Source: Gemmatimonadales bacterium
GTDB taxonomy: Bacteria; Gemmatimonadota; Gemmatimonadetes; Gemmatimonadales; GWC2-71-9
Reading direction: 5' to 3'
Length of the DNA: 64,000 nucleotides
NCBI GenBank assembly: GCA_050183815.1
Contig: JBFXAY010000005.1
Span: 26,861-90,860, forward strand
A program made the translations under genes and the position numbers. Under the pieces are notes generated by a model, which did not search any database, had not been told where the DNA came from, and was given only the letters and a program-made list of their open reading frames with translations. Shown piece after piece: positions 44,675 to 53,288 of the stretch; position 1 is the stretch's first letter; each line of letters opens with the position of its first letter.

Positions 44675-45991
44675 CTAGATCAGTGCCCGCCGCTTGAGAC
44701 CAACGTAGCAGTCTACGACGGCTTTCGCTGCCGCCTCCGGATGGGCATCCACGACGATCACGCCGCGAGAGCGGAGATCGGCCAACGCGTCGTTGCGAAC
44801 GAGGAGCAACTGCTCGGCCGCCGCCCGTTCGAAGGCGGATTCCACCGTGCTCGCCGAGGCCACGGCGAGCCGCTCGAGCGCCAGGTCGCGAAGGGTCACG
44901 GCCACCGGCACGTGGCGCGGACGGAGCCCGCCGAGCTGGTGCACGAGGGCATCGCTGGCGAACCGGTCGATGACGTCGGTGAAGAGCACGGTCAGGGCCC
45001 GCTTCCGTGCCTGGGCCGCCAGAAAAGCGAACGCCCGCGGGTAGTCGGATTCCACCAGCCGCCCCTCGACCAGCGCCAGCGCGTCGAGAATGGCGCGGAG
45101 CGCCCGCCGCCCGCGCACTGGCGGCACGAAATGATCGATGTCGTCCGAAAAGACGATGAGCCCGACGTCGTCGTCGAGCCCGACCGCCCGATAGGCGAGC
45201 TGCGCTACCGCCTCCACGGCATCCTCGAGGCGGGGCCGACCCTCCGTTTCCGCGGTGAGCATCCGGCCGGCATCGAGCGCGATCATCACCCGCTGCCGCC
45301 GCTCGGCTTCGTACTGTCGGGCGATGAGCTTGCCGCGCTTGGCCGAGGCCTTCCAGTCCACCGCCCGCATCTCGTCGCCGGGGACCCACTCGCGGAGACT
45401 CTCGAAGAGGCGCCCCTCCCCGATCCGCCGGACCTGACGAAGTCCGACCTCCCGGCGAATCCGGCTCTGCGTCGGCAACTGGGCCAGCGCGGCGTTACGG
45501 AGCGCCGGGTACACTGTGATCTCCCAATCGGGACGGAGCACGAGCTGCCGCCAGCAGAGGCCCCAGGGCCCCGCCACCCGGATGTCGAACCGCCACCGGC
45601 GGGCCCGGCCCCGGGCCCGGGGGTCGAGGCGTCGCTCCTCGATCCAATCGCGGTCCGCCCGCAGATCGATGATCCGGTCACTGCCGTCCGGCAGACCGAT
45701 TTCGGGCGGGGCGGATTCGCGCACCCAGAGGCGGGCCGAACGCGGGCTGTGCCAGTGATATCGAACCGGCAACGGCCGCCCGAGCGACAGGGCACCGGCC
45801 GCGGTGCGGATCAGGGAGAGACGGCTCGCGTCGAAGCGGTTCACCCGATACCCATCGACCGCCAGCATCAGGACCCAGAGCACCGAGGCCGTTACCCAGG
45901 CCACCGCTGCGGCCGGCCACCAGACGGCCCCGACGGCAATCGCGCCGGCGAGCAGCGCCCCGAGCAACCACCGCCGCGAGGGAACGATCAC
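44675..45991 (-). CDS. DUF58 (vWA-like) protein with two N-terminal TM helices
   Basis: REWVPGDEMRAVDWKASAKRGKLIARQYEAERRQRVMIALDAG is the DUF58 signature. GTGA overlap with the MoxR gene. Confidence 0.85.
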   Translation of the reverse strand: MIVPSRRWLLGALLAGAIAVGAVWWPAAAVAWVTASVLWVLMLAVDGYRVNRFDASRLSLIRTAAGALSLGRPLPVRYHWHSPRSARLWVRESAPPEIGLPDGSDRIIDLRADRDWIEERRLDPRARGRARRWRFDIRVAGPWGLCWRQLVLRPDWEITVYPALRNAALAQLPTQSRIRREVGLRQVRRIGEGRLFESLREWVPGDEMRAVDWKASAKRGKLIARQYEAERRQRVMIALDAGRMLTAETEGRPRLEDAVEAVAQLAYRAVGLDDDVGLIVFSDDIDHFVPPVRGRRALRAILDALALVEGRLVESDYPRAFAFLAAQARKRALTVLFTDVIDRFASDALVHQLGGLRPRHVPVAVTLRDLALERLAVASASTVESAFERAAAEQLLLVRNDALADLRSRGVIVVDAHPEAAAKAVVDCYVGLKRRALI

Positions 45992-46971
45992 TGCCGCGGG
46001 GCCTCGATGGCATCGAGCACCGAGGCGAGCGCCGCGTCGGGGGTCACCCCCTCGAGTTCCAGTTCCGGCGCCACCATCACCCGGTGCCGCAACACCGCGG
46101 GCGCGAGGGATTTCACGTCGTCCGGAATGACGAAGGTCCGGCCCTCCGCGGCGGCCGCCGCTTGCGCGAGTTTGAGCAGGGCCACACTCGCCCGCGGGGA
46201 GGCGCCGAGGGTGAAGGCCGGCGCGTCGCGGGTCGCCCGAACGAGCGCGGTGATGTACTCGACCAGCGGCGGTTCGGCCCGAACCCGGGCCACCGCCGCC
46301 TGGAGTGCGGCGATCCCGTCCCGATCCGCGACCGGCGTCACCCCGAACGTTTCGGTGGCCGCCGGGTCGAACCCGCCCAGCACCCGGTCCAGGAGACCAC
46401 GCTCCGCCTCGGCGTCTGGGTAACCGATGATGCTCTTCACCAGGAAGCGGTCGAGTTCGGCTTCGGGCAGCGGGTAAGTACCCTCGAACTCGATCGGGTT
46501 CTGGGTGGCGAACACCGTGAAGGCGGCCGAGAGGCGGTGCGCCTCGCCGTCGACCGTGACGGTGCGCTCCTGCATCGCTTCGAGCAGAGCCGCCTGGGTC
46601 TTGGCGGGGGCGCGGTTGATCTCGTCGGCCAGCACGAGATCGGCGAACACAGGGCCGGGCCGGAACGTGAACTGGGCGCCGCCGGTCATGATGTTGACGC
46701 CGGTGAGGTCCGCGGGCATCAGGTCCGGAGTGAACTGGATCCGCCGGAAGTCGAGCGACAGCGCCTGGGCCAGGGTGCGGACCAGCAGCGTCTTGGCCGT
46801 CCCGGGCGGGCCTTCCAGCAGCACGTGCCCCCGGGCCAGGAGCGCGAGGACGACCTCGCGGACCACGGCGCGCTGTCCGAGCACCACCCGCTCGAGGGCG
46901 CCGGCGAGCGCGGCAATCCGTTCGGCCGCATCCTGGGCCGCGTCAGGGCTCAGGAACTCATCTCGTTCCAC
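45988..46971 (-). CDS. MoxR-family AAA+ ATPase
   Basis: Walker A LLEGPPGTAKT, Walker B VLADEINRAPAKTQAALLEAMQE, and TVFATQNPIEFEGTYPLPEAELDRF. Confidence 0.9.
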   Translation of the reverse strand: MERDEFLSPDAAQDAAERIAALAGALERVVLGQRAVVREVVLALLARGHVLLEGPPGTAKTLLVRTLAQALSLDFRRIQFTPDLMPADLTGVNIMTGGAQFTFRPGPVFADLVLADEINRAPAKTQAALLEAMQERTVTVDGEAHRLSAAFTVFATQNPIEFEGTYPLPEAELDRFLVKSIIGYPDAEAERGLLDRVLGGFDPAATETFGVTPVADRDGIAALQAAVARVRAEPPLVEYITALVRATRDAPAFTLGASPRASVALLKLAQAAAAAEGRTFVIPDDVKSLAPAVLRHRVMVAPELELEGVTPDAALASVLDAIEAPRQ

Positions 46972-48173
46972 ATGTCCTCCACGAGGTTTGCCGCCGTGAG
47001 TACATCACTTTCGGACGGCTGCGGGCGATCGAGCGCCTCGAGCCGCTGTCCGAGTGCTACCACCTTCTGGTTGCGGGTCCGGTGCCGGATCTGTTCGAGC
47101 CAGGACCGCCAGGAATCCCGCTGCCCGCTGCTCGGGCGGCCGAGCCGCCGCCGGACGCCACCGACGAGGAGCCCGATCGCCAGGCCGTGACCGCCGGCCG
47201 CCCGGAGGGCGGCCGCGAGGGCCCGCACGTGCTCGGCCACGGAGCGCCGCCGCCGGTCGAACGCCTCGACCGGCGGGCCGAACCGGACGGCGCCGGCAGC
47301 GAGCGCCAGCAGGCCGACCACGATGGCATGCCAGACGAGCCAGCCCCACGGCGACCGCGCGGCCCACTCCATCACGAAATCGACCATCGAGCCGCCCTCG
47401 GAGAATCCATGGCGGAACTCGTCGAACCAGACGACCTGATAGTCGAGCAGCCAGGGCAGCACGACTGCGCCGGCGTCGGTTTCCCGGAGCGTCTGATTGC
47501 GAAACAGCCCGACATCCCCGACCAGGGTGACCGTACCGGAGCCGCCGGGCGGCCGCAGGCGAACCGCCACCGGGGAGCCTCCGGCCGTCAGCAGCGTGTC
47601 CACCGGCACCCCGCGCACGACGTCGCAACGATAGACGAGCGCGTCACTCAGGCGGCTCGAATCCACGACCTCGCTCTCGGTCGTTTCGCGAAGCGCGAGC
47701 CGCACCCTCGGTGCCGGCAGCCGGCCGTCCGGACGGTCCACGGGCGTGACGGCGTCCGGCACCGGTCGGCTGCCGCGATCGAGGCGGAGCGTGTCGAACC
47801 CGAGGCATCGGAGGACCGCGCGGGTGGTCGATCCCGCGAACAGCAGCGAGACGCCGCGGCGCGGCAATTCGAGCAACGCATCGACATCGGAGCCGGACAC
47901 CGGCCGGGAGGGATTCAGGAGGATCACCGCAGTGGCCGATCCGGAATCCATCATGGTCGCGAAACGCTCCTGGCGGAGTTCCCGAACGTCCACGCCGAGG
48001 CGGCGGGCCGCTTCCGCCACGGCAGAGGCCCCGTTCGGCTCAGTGATCAGCGTCGAGGGCCGGACATCCGCGCCCGGCGTCGGCCGGCGGCGGGTCCCGG
48101 CGTTGGCCACGATCAACGCCAGCAACGCGATCAGCGCGAGGGTCCCGATGAGGAACCTACGATCCGGGGACAT
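46950..48173 (-). CDS. DUF4350-domain membrane protein
   Basis: N-terminal TM helix FLIGTLALIALLALIVA, a periplasmic alpha/beta-like domain, a second TM helix WLVWHAIVVGLLALAAG and a helical C-terminus. The ATG at 48173 is inside the 46950..48245 ORF. Confidence 0.75.
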   Translation of the reverse strand: MSPDRRFLIGTLALIALLALIVANAGTRRRPTPGADVRPSTLITEPNGASAVAEAARRLGVDVRELRQERFATMMDSGSATAVILLNPSRPVSGSDVDALLELPRRGVSLLFAGSTTRAVLRCLGFDTLRLDRGSRPVPDAVTPVDRPDGRLPAPRVRLALRETTESEVVDSSRLSDALVYRCDVVRGVPVDTLLTAGGSPVAVRLRPPGGSGTVTLVGDVGLFRNQTLRETDAGAVVLPWLLDYQVVWFDEFRHGFSEGGSMVDFVMEWAARSPWGWLVWHAIVVGLLALAAGAVRFGPPVEAFDRRRRSVAEHVRALAAALRAAGGHGLAIGLLVGGVRRRLGRPSSGQRDSWRSWLEQIRHRTRNQKVVALGQRLEALDRPQPSESDVLTAANLVEDMWNEMSS

Positions 48174-48777
48174 AGCGCTCCGCGGCGGCGCGGGCCGTCC
48201 AGTCGTCGAGTTCGGCGGGCCCGCACGGCGTACCGCCGAAGGCAAAGCGATAGAGATCCTTCACCAGATCGGCGAACGGACCGCGCTGAGGATCGGCGGC
48301 GGGGAAATCGGCGAGATACTCCTGCGGCGTCCGGCTCGGATGAAAGCGGAGGCGTCCCCGGGTATCGAGTTCCAGCACCAGCCGGACGAACTCGGCCTGC
48401 ATCGCGGCCGCGAACCGGCCGGCCGCCCGGTGCCGGGCGGCCAGCGCGGCAAACCACCCGGCGTCCCGAACCTCGGCCCTGCCCCGCGCGGTGCCGGTCC
48501 CGGCCGGGACCGCCCGAGCGCGGGTCGTCCGGATCAGGAGCCAGACCGCGTGCAGGGCGATAGCGGCGAGCACCGCCACCAGCAGGTAGACGACGACCTT
48601 GAACGCGGCCGGGTGGCGCTCCGCCAGATCGTAGAACCAGTCCACGACGGCCCGCCGCCAGCGCCGCAACGTCACCGTGGCCGACGACTCGTCCTGCCAC
48701 TGGTAGGCAGTGCCCTGGAACACGTCCGCGACGACCCGCCGCAGCGAGTCCGCGGCGACGCCATCCGGTCCCTGCAC
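48157..48777 (-). CDS. DUF4129-domain membrane protein
   Basis: TM helix VVVYLLVAVLAAIALHAVWLLI. C-terminal FHPSRTPQEYLADF...LVKDLYRFAFGG matches the DUF4129 pattern. The GTG start abuts the upstream stop. Confidence 0.75.
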   Translation of the reverse strand: MQGPDGVAADSLRRVVADVFQGTAYQWQDESSATVTLRRWRRAVVDWFYDLAERHPAAFKVVVYLLVAVLAAIALHAVWLLIRTTRARAVPAGTGTARGRAEVRDAGWFAALAARHRAAGRFAAAMQAEFVRLVLELDTRGRLRFHPSRTPQEYLADFPAADPQRGPFADLVKDLYRFAFGGTPCGPAELDDWTARAAAERYVPGS

Positions 48778-49548
48778 TCAGAGCGCCTCGAGCTGCGACT
48801 CGAGGATCTCGAGGTCGAATCCTTCCTTGCGGACCCGGAGGTCGTAGTACAGCACGGTAACGGCCGAATAGATGAACGGGTAGACCAGCACCGACAGGAC
48901 GGCGGAGACCGCCGCGATGACGAGCACGCCGGTCGTCACGCTCGAACTCCCCAACCCGAGCACCAGCCCGGCCACGCCTCCGATGAACACCGCGACGAAG
49001 CTCACCATATAGACGAGCAGGAGCGCCACCAGCAGCGTGCCGAACACCTTCCACCGATGTCCCTTGGTCAGGTTCCACGACCGGTTGAGCGAGTCGATCG
49101 GCGACAGACCTTCGACCACCAGCGCACACGCGGAGACCGCGACGCCGGTACCGATCACGATCCCCGGAATCACCAGGAGCAGGAAACCGATCCCGACGAT
49201 CAGGGTGGAGACCATGGACAGGACGATGATCTTGCCGAGGTGCGGCACCACCCAGCCGATCGCCGCGGCGGCCTGCACTTCCCGGCCCAGATAGGCGTCC
49301 GCCACGATCTTGGTGGAGGCGCCCATGCCGACCGCCGTACAGATCATCCCGACGACCAGCGACGCCCCCCACAGGGCCGGATGCTCGAGCAGCCCGCCGC
49401 TCGCCTCAACGAAGACGGACAGCAGAATCGCGGCGGCCTGGCTGATCATCGCCACTGTGGCCAGCGCCACGAAGTGCTTGCGATAGAGGGAAAAGGCGAC
49501 GTCGAGCACTTCGCCGATCGCCAGGGGCCTGAGTTGCGCTTCCGTCAT
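48778..49548 (-). CDS. polytopic membrane protein (GPDPase_memb/YciC-like topology, about 6 TM helices)
   Basis: The ATG at 49548 is inside the 908-aa ORF 48778..51504. MTEAQLRPLAIGEVLDVAFSLYRKHF... followed by six hydrophobic segments. The C-terminus YYDLRVRKEGFDLEILESQL is typical of this family. Confidence 0.7.
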   Translation of the reverse strand: MTEAQLRPLAIGEVLDVAFSLYRKHFVALATVAMISQAAAILLSVFVEASGGLLEHPALWGASLVVGMICTAVGMGASTKIVADAYLGREVQAAAAIGWVVPHLGKIIVLSMVSTLIVGIGFLLLVIPGIVIGTGVAVSACALVVEGLSPIDSLNRSWNLTKGHRWKVFGTLLVALLLVYMVSFVAVFIGGVAGLVLGLGSSSVTTGVLVIAAVSAVLSVLVYPFIYSAVTVLYYDLRVRKEGFDLEILESQLEAL

Positions 49549-49647
49549 GGGGAATCTCCGCCGCTGGGGTTCGCCGCCGGTAGGCCGAATTCTCACCCAC
49601 GGGTCCCGACTTGGGAAGGCCACCCCGGGGTTCCTAGATTGGGGACA

Positions 49648-51438
49648 ATGCCCGCTCCGCCTTCGCTCCGGCCCCGCCGGGCGACCCGCCCCGAAACCGC
49701 CCAGGACCACAGGCAGCGGCTCGAGGTCGAGACCCCCGAGAACGTCGTCCTCGACTACGAGCTCGGCGGCTTCGGCTCGCGCCTCCTCGCGGCCCTGATC
49801 GATGCGGCCATCGTGGTCGTCTCGCTCGTCACCCTGTTCCTCCTCGCGGCGTGGCTCGGCGGAACGGGCAATTGGACCGGGGTGATCGGCTCGATCCTGA
49901 GCTTCGTGGCGGTCTGGGGCTACTACGCGCTGTTCGAGGGCTTCTATCGGGGCCAGACACCGGGCAAGAAATCGCTCGGCCTCCGGGTGCTTCGGGATTC
50001 GGGACAGCCGATCGGCTTTGCCGAGGCGGCCCTCCGCAACCTGGTTAGGGTCGCCGACTTCCTCCCGCCCCCGTTTCTCCTCGGCCTCGGCATGATCGCC
50101 TTTCACCCCCGGGCCAAGCGCCTCGGCGACCTCGTCGCCGGCACCGTGGTGGTGCGGGATCGGCCCCAGGAAGGCGGCCTCGCCCGCCCGACCCCCGCCC
50201 CGCCGGGAACGGAACCGGCCGCTCGCATCGGCGCCGAGGGCCCGCGACTGTCGGACGAAGAGTTCCGGGTGCTCGGTGCCTTCCTCGAGCGGGCGGCCGG
50301 GTTCGAGAAGGCGGTTCGGGAGCGGTTCGCCGGCCGGCTCATCGAGCGGTTCGCCGACCGGATTCCGGCGGGAGCCGGCGGGTCCGAGGCCCTCCTGGAT
50401 CTCTACACCGAGGAAACCGCCCGGCGGAGCCGCCCGGGCGGCGGCGGCCCGGGCCATGGTCCGGCCGACCGTTTCGTCCGGCAGAAGGAAGGCAGGTGGG
50501 CCGAGTTCCAGACACTGGCCGAAGCCGCTGCGGCGGGCGGACTGGATCGCTTTCCGCCCGACCGGCTCGTCGACTTCACGACCCGCTATCGCGAGGTCGC
50601 CGCCGACTACGCTCGCGCCCGAACCTACGGCGTCGCCCCGGGCACCATTCGCGCGCTCGAGCGCGCGGTGGCGGCAGGACACAACGCCCTCTACCGCGAG
50701 AAGAGTGCGTCGTGGCAGCGCCTCTGGCGCTTTCTCACGACCGATTGTCCCGCCGCGGTCGTCGAGGCCCGCCTGGCCGTGGGCCTGGCCTTTCTCACGT
50801 TCGCCGTCCCGGCGCTGATGGGGTTTGCCTTGCTCCGGGAACGGCCGGACGTGGCGCCTCAGGTCCTCCCGGCGACGATGCTGGACCGGGCCGACGCCGG
50901 CGCCCGGCGCCAAGCCGAAGGCAAGGGATACTTCGAGGCCGACCCGGGCGACCGGCCGCTCGTGGCCACGAGCATCATTCTCAACAACGTCCGGGTCGCG
51001 TTCGCCTGCTTCGCCTCCGGGGTGTTTGCCGGGGTCGGTTCGCTCGTGCTGCTGGCCGTGAACGGCCTCTCCATTGGAGCCGCGAGCGGCCACTTCGCCA
51101 ACAAGGGACTGTTCGGCTACCTCTGGACGTTCGTGATCGGCCACGGTTTCCTGGAACTGTTCGCGATCTGGGTGGCGGGCGCCGCCGGGTTCCAACTCGG
51201 CTTCGCGATTCTCAATCCGGGCCGCTTCCGCCGCCGTGACGCGCTGGCCCGGGCCGGCCAGCGGGCGATTCGCATGGTCGGCACCGCGACCCTCCTCCTG
51301 ATCATCGCCGGACTGGTCGAAGGCCTGGTCTCCGCCAGCGGCCTCGGTCTTCTCCCCAAAGCGTCGATCAGCGTCGGCAGCGCCCTGTTCCTGGTGGCCT
51401 ACCTCGCCCTCGGGGCCCGGAACGCGCGCGCCGCCTGA
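49648..51438 (+). CDS. fusion protein: N-terminal RDD domain + C-terminal SpoIIM-like (DUF95) membrane domain
   Basis: The ATG at 49648 is inside the 1230-aa ORF 47746..51438. RDD-family pattern (GSRLLAALIDAAIV..., QTPGKKSLGLRVLRDSG, KRLGDLVAGTVVVRD). DUF95 pattern (ILNNVRVAFACFASGVFAGVGSLVLLAVNGLSIG, IGHGFLELFAIWVAGAAG). No stop codon between the two halves. Confidence 0.8.
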   Translation: MPAPPSLRPRRATRPETAQDHRQRLEVETPENVVLDYELGGFGSRLLAALIDAAIVVVSLVTLFLLAAWLGGTGNWTGVIGSILSFVAVWGYYALFEGFYRGQTPGKKSLGLRVLRDSGQPIGFAEAALRNLVRVADFLPPPFLLGLGMIAFHPRAKRLGDLVAGTVVVRDRPQEGGLARPTPAPPGTEPAARIGAEGPRLSDEEFRVLGAFLERAAGFEKAVRERFAGRLIERFADRIPAGAGGSEALLDLYTEETARRSRPGGGGPGHGPADRFVRQKEGRWAEFQTLAEAAAAGGLDRFPPDRLVDFTTRYREVAADYARARTYGVAPGTIRALERAVAAGHNALYREKSASWQRLWRFLTTDCPAAVVEARLAVGLAFLTFAVPALMGFALLRERPDVAPQVLPATMLDRADAGARRQAEGKGYFEADPGDRPLVATSIILNNVRVAFACFASGVFAGVGSLVLLAVNGLSIGAASGHFANKGLFGYLWTFVIGHGFLELFAIWVAGAAGFQLGFAILNPGRFRRRDALARAGQRAIRMVGTATLLLIIAGLVEGLVSASGLGLLPKASISVGSALFLVAYLALGARNARAA

Positions 51439-51473
51439 GTCCGGCTTGCGGGCATCCCTCCGGCGCCGTAGCG

Positions 51474-51483
51474 TTGTATACAA
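51474..51483. promoter_or_regulatory. TTGTATACAA perfect palindrome (GntR/FadR-type t.GT...AC.a operator candidate)
   Basis: 10-bp self-complementary AT-rich site 81 nt upstream of the deacylase start. A GntR-family gene is in the same operon. Confidence 0.45.
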
Positions 51484-51563
51484 ATCTGTTCTCCAGTGGC
51501 GCACCCGGCGTCGTCGGGGCCACTCGGACTACCCGCTTCTCCACCCTCGACCCCGAAAACCCG

Positions 51564-53288
51564 ATGCGCTCACCTGTGCGGTGGTTGCCGCTCTGTGCCG
51601 CGACGTTGCTGGCCTGTCAGCCCCCGGCCGACGCCGGCACCTCGTCAGCCGGCCCGAGCTACGACGTCGTCATCACCGGCGGCCGGATCGTCGACGGCGC
51701 CGGCAATCCCTGGTTCTATGGCGACGTCGGCATCCGCGGCAGCCGGATTTCGCGGATTACGCCGCGCGGCATGCTGGCCGGCGCTCAGGCGACTCGCCGG
51801 ATCGACGCCACGGGCAAAATCGTGGCGCCTGGTTTCATCGATATTCAGGGCCAGTCGGTCCAGCAATTCACCATGGGCGACGGCCGCGTCATTTCGAGCG
51901 TGACGCAGGGCATCACCACCGAGATCCTCGGCGAGGGCGCGACGCCGGCACCCGCGAACGACCGGACGATCGCGGCCATGGGTCTCGCCGACGAGTCGCT
52001 CAAGCCCGTCCTCGACCAGTTCCGCGGCCCCCACGGGTTCGGCGCGTGGCTCGAGGCCATGGAAAAGCACGGCATCTCCCAGAACGTGGGCTCCTTCCTC
52101 GGCGCCGCAACACCGCGGGTCTACGCCAAGGGCGAGGCCCAGGGCGAAGCCACCGCCGAAGAGATGGACACCATCCGGACCGTGGTCCGGCACGCGATGG
52201 AGGACGGCGCCTTCGGCATCGCGACGGCGCTCATCTATCCGCCGGCCAACTTCGCGAGCACCACCGAGCTGATCGAACAGGCCAAGGCGGCGGCTCCGTT
52301 CGGCGGGATCTACATCACCCACATGCGTTCCGAAGCCGACCGGCTTCTCGAAGCCATCGACGAGGCCATCACGATCGGGCGGGAAGGCGGCGTGCCGGTC
52401 GAGATCTATCACCTGAAGGCCAGCGGGGCCCGCAACTGGGCCAAGATGCCGCTCGCCATCGCCAAGATCGACTCGGCGCGGCGGGCCGGCCAGGATGTGA
52501 CCGCCGACATGTACCTCTACACCGCGGGTGGGACCGGGCTCGCGGCCTGCGTCCCGCCCTGGGCCGCCGCCGACGGCAAGCTGCTCGCCAACCTGGCGGA
52601 CCCGGCGCAGCGCGCGAAGATCAAGGCGGAGATGCTGGCGCCCCGCCCGGACTCGGAAGGGCTCTGCGAGCTCGGCGGCCCCGGCGCGGTGCAGGTGGTC
52701 GGGTTCCGGAGCGCCAACCTGACCAAGTATGAGGGCCAGCGACTCGATGCCATCGCCAGCCAGATGGGCAAGGACTGGACCGACGCCCTGTTCGACATCG
52801 TACTCGAGGAGAAGGGGGCGATCGGCGCCATCTTCCACATGATGACGGAGGCCAATCTCCCACTCCAGATCCGGCAGCCCTGGATCAAGTGGGGCACCGA
52901 TGCGGACGGACTCAATCCGGACAGCGCGGCGGGAACGCTGGCGCACCCGCGGGCCTACGGAAACTACCCGCGGCTCCTCGGGCGCTATGTGCGGGAGCAG
53001 GGTGTGATCTCGATCGAGGAGGCGATCCGCAAGGGAACGTCGGCGGTGGCGCGCCGGCTGTCGATCCCGGACCGCGGCCTGCTGGCCCAGGGGTTCTACG
53101 CGGACGTCATCGTGTTCGACCCCGCGACCATCATCGACCGGGCGACGTTCGAGAACCCCCACCAGCTGTCGGTCGGCGTCGAGCAGGTGCTCGTGAACGG
53201 CACCCTGGTCATCAGCGACGGCAAGCACACCGGGGAGAAGCCCGGACGGGTCGTGCGGGGACCGGGCTGGACCGGAGGCTCCCGATGA
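51564..53288 (+). CDS. N-acyl-D-amino-acid deacylase-family amidohydrolase, lipoprotein/secreted, with variant metal ligands
   Basis: Lipobox LLAC. YDVVITGGRIVDGAGNPWFYGDVGIRGSRI...APGFID, THMRSE, IYHLKASG and HPRAYGNYPRLLGRYVRE patterns. QGQ replaces the HxH motif. Confidence 0.85.
   Translation: MRSPVRWLPLCAATLLACQPPADAGTSSAGPSYDVVITGGRIVDGAGNPWFYGDVGIRGSRISRITPRGMLAGAQATRRIDATGKIVAPGFIDIQGQSVQQFTMGDGRVISSVTQGITTEILGEGATPAPANDRTIAAMGLADESLKPVLDQFRGPHGFGAWLEAMEKHGISQNVGSFLGAATPRVYAKGEAQGEATAEEMDTIRTVVRHAMEDGAFGIATALIYPPANFASTTELIEQAKAAAPFGGIYITHMRSEADRLLEAIDEAITIGREGGVPVEIYHLKASGARNWAKMPLAIAKIDSARRAGQDVTADMYLYTAGGTGLAACVPPWAAADGKLLANLADPAQRAKIKAEMLAPRPDSEGLCELGGPGAVQVVGFRSANLTKYEGQRLDAIASQMGKDWTDALFDIVLEEKGAIGAIFHMMTEANLPLQIRQPWIKWGTDADGLNPDSAAGTLAHPRAYGNYPRLLGRYVREQGVISIEEAIRKGTSAVARRLSIPDRGLLAQGFYADVIVFDPATIIDRATFENPHQLSVGVEQVLVNGTLVISDGKHTGEKPGRVVRGPGWTGGSR

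Noticed and set aside
43077-45389. 770-aa minus-strand ORF in an alternative frame
   Set aside because: It is out of frame with the penicillin-acylase and DUF58 genes on the same strand. Extreme Arg/Gly/Pro/Ala content and no motif.
47746-49647. N-terminal ~630 aa of the 1230-aa plus-strand ORF
   Set aside because: This part is antisense to the DUF4350, DUF4129 and membrane-protein genes and is Arg/Pro/Gly-rich junk. Recognisable RDD and DUF95 sequence begins only at the ATG at 49648, which also has a promoter-like element.
49549-51504. N-terminal ~650 aa of the 908-aa minus-strand ORF
   Set aside because: It is antisense to the RDD::SpoIIM-like gene, with low-complexity Arg/Gly/Glu/Pro composition. 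Only the last 256 codons (48778-49548) look like a real membrane protein.
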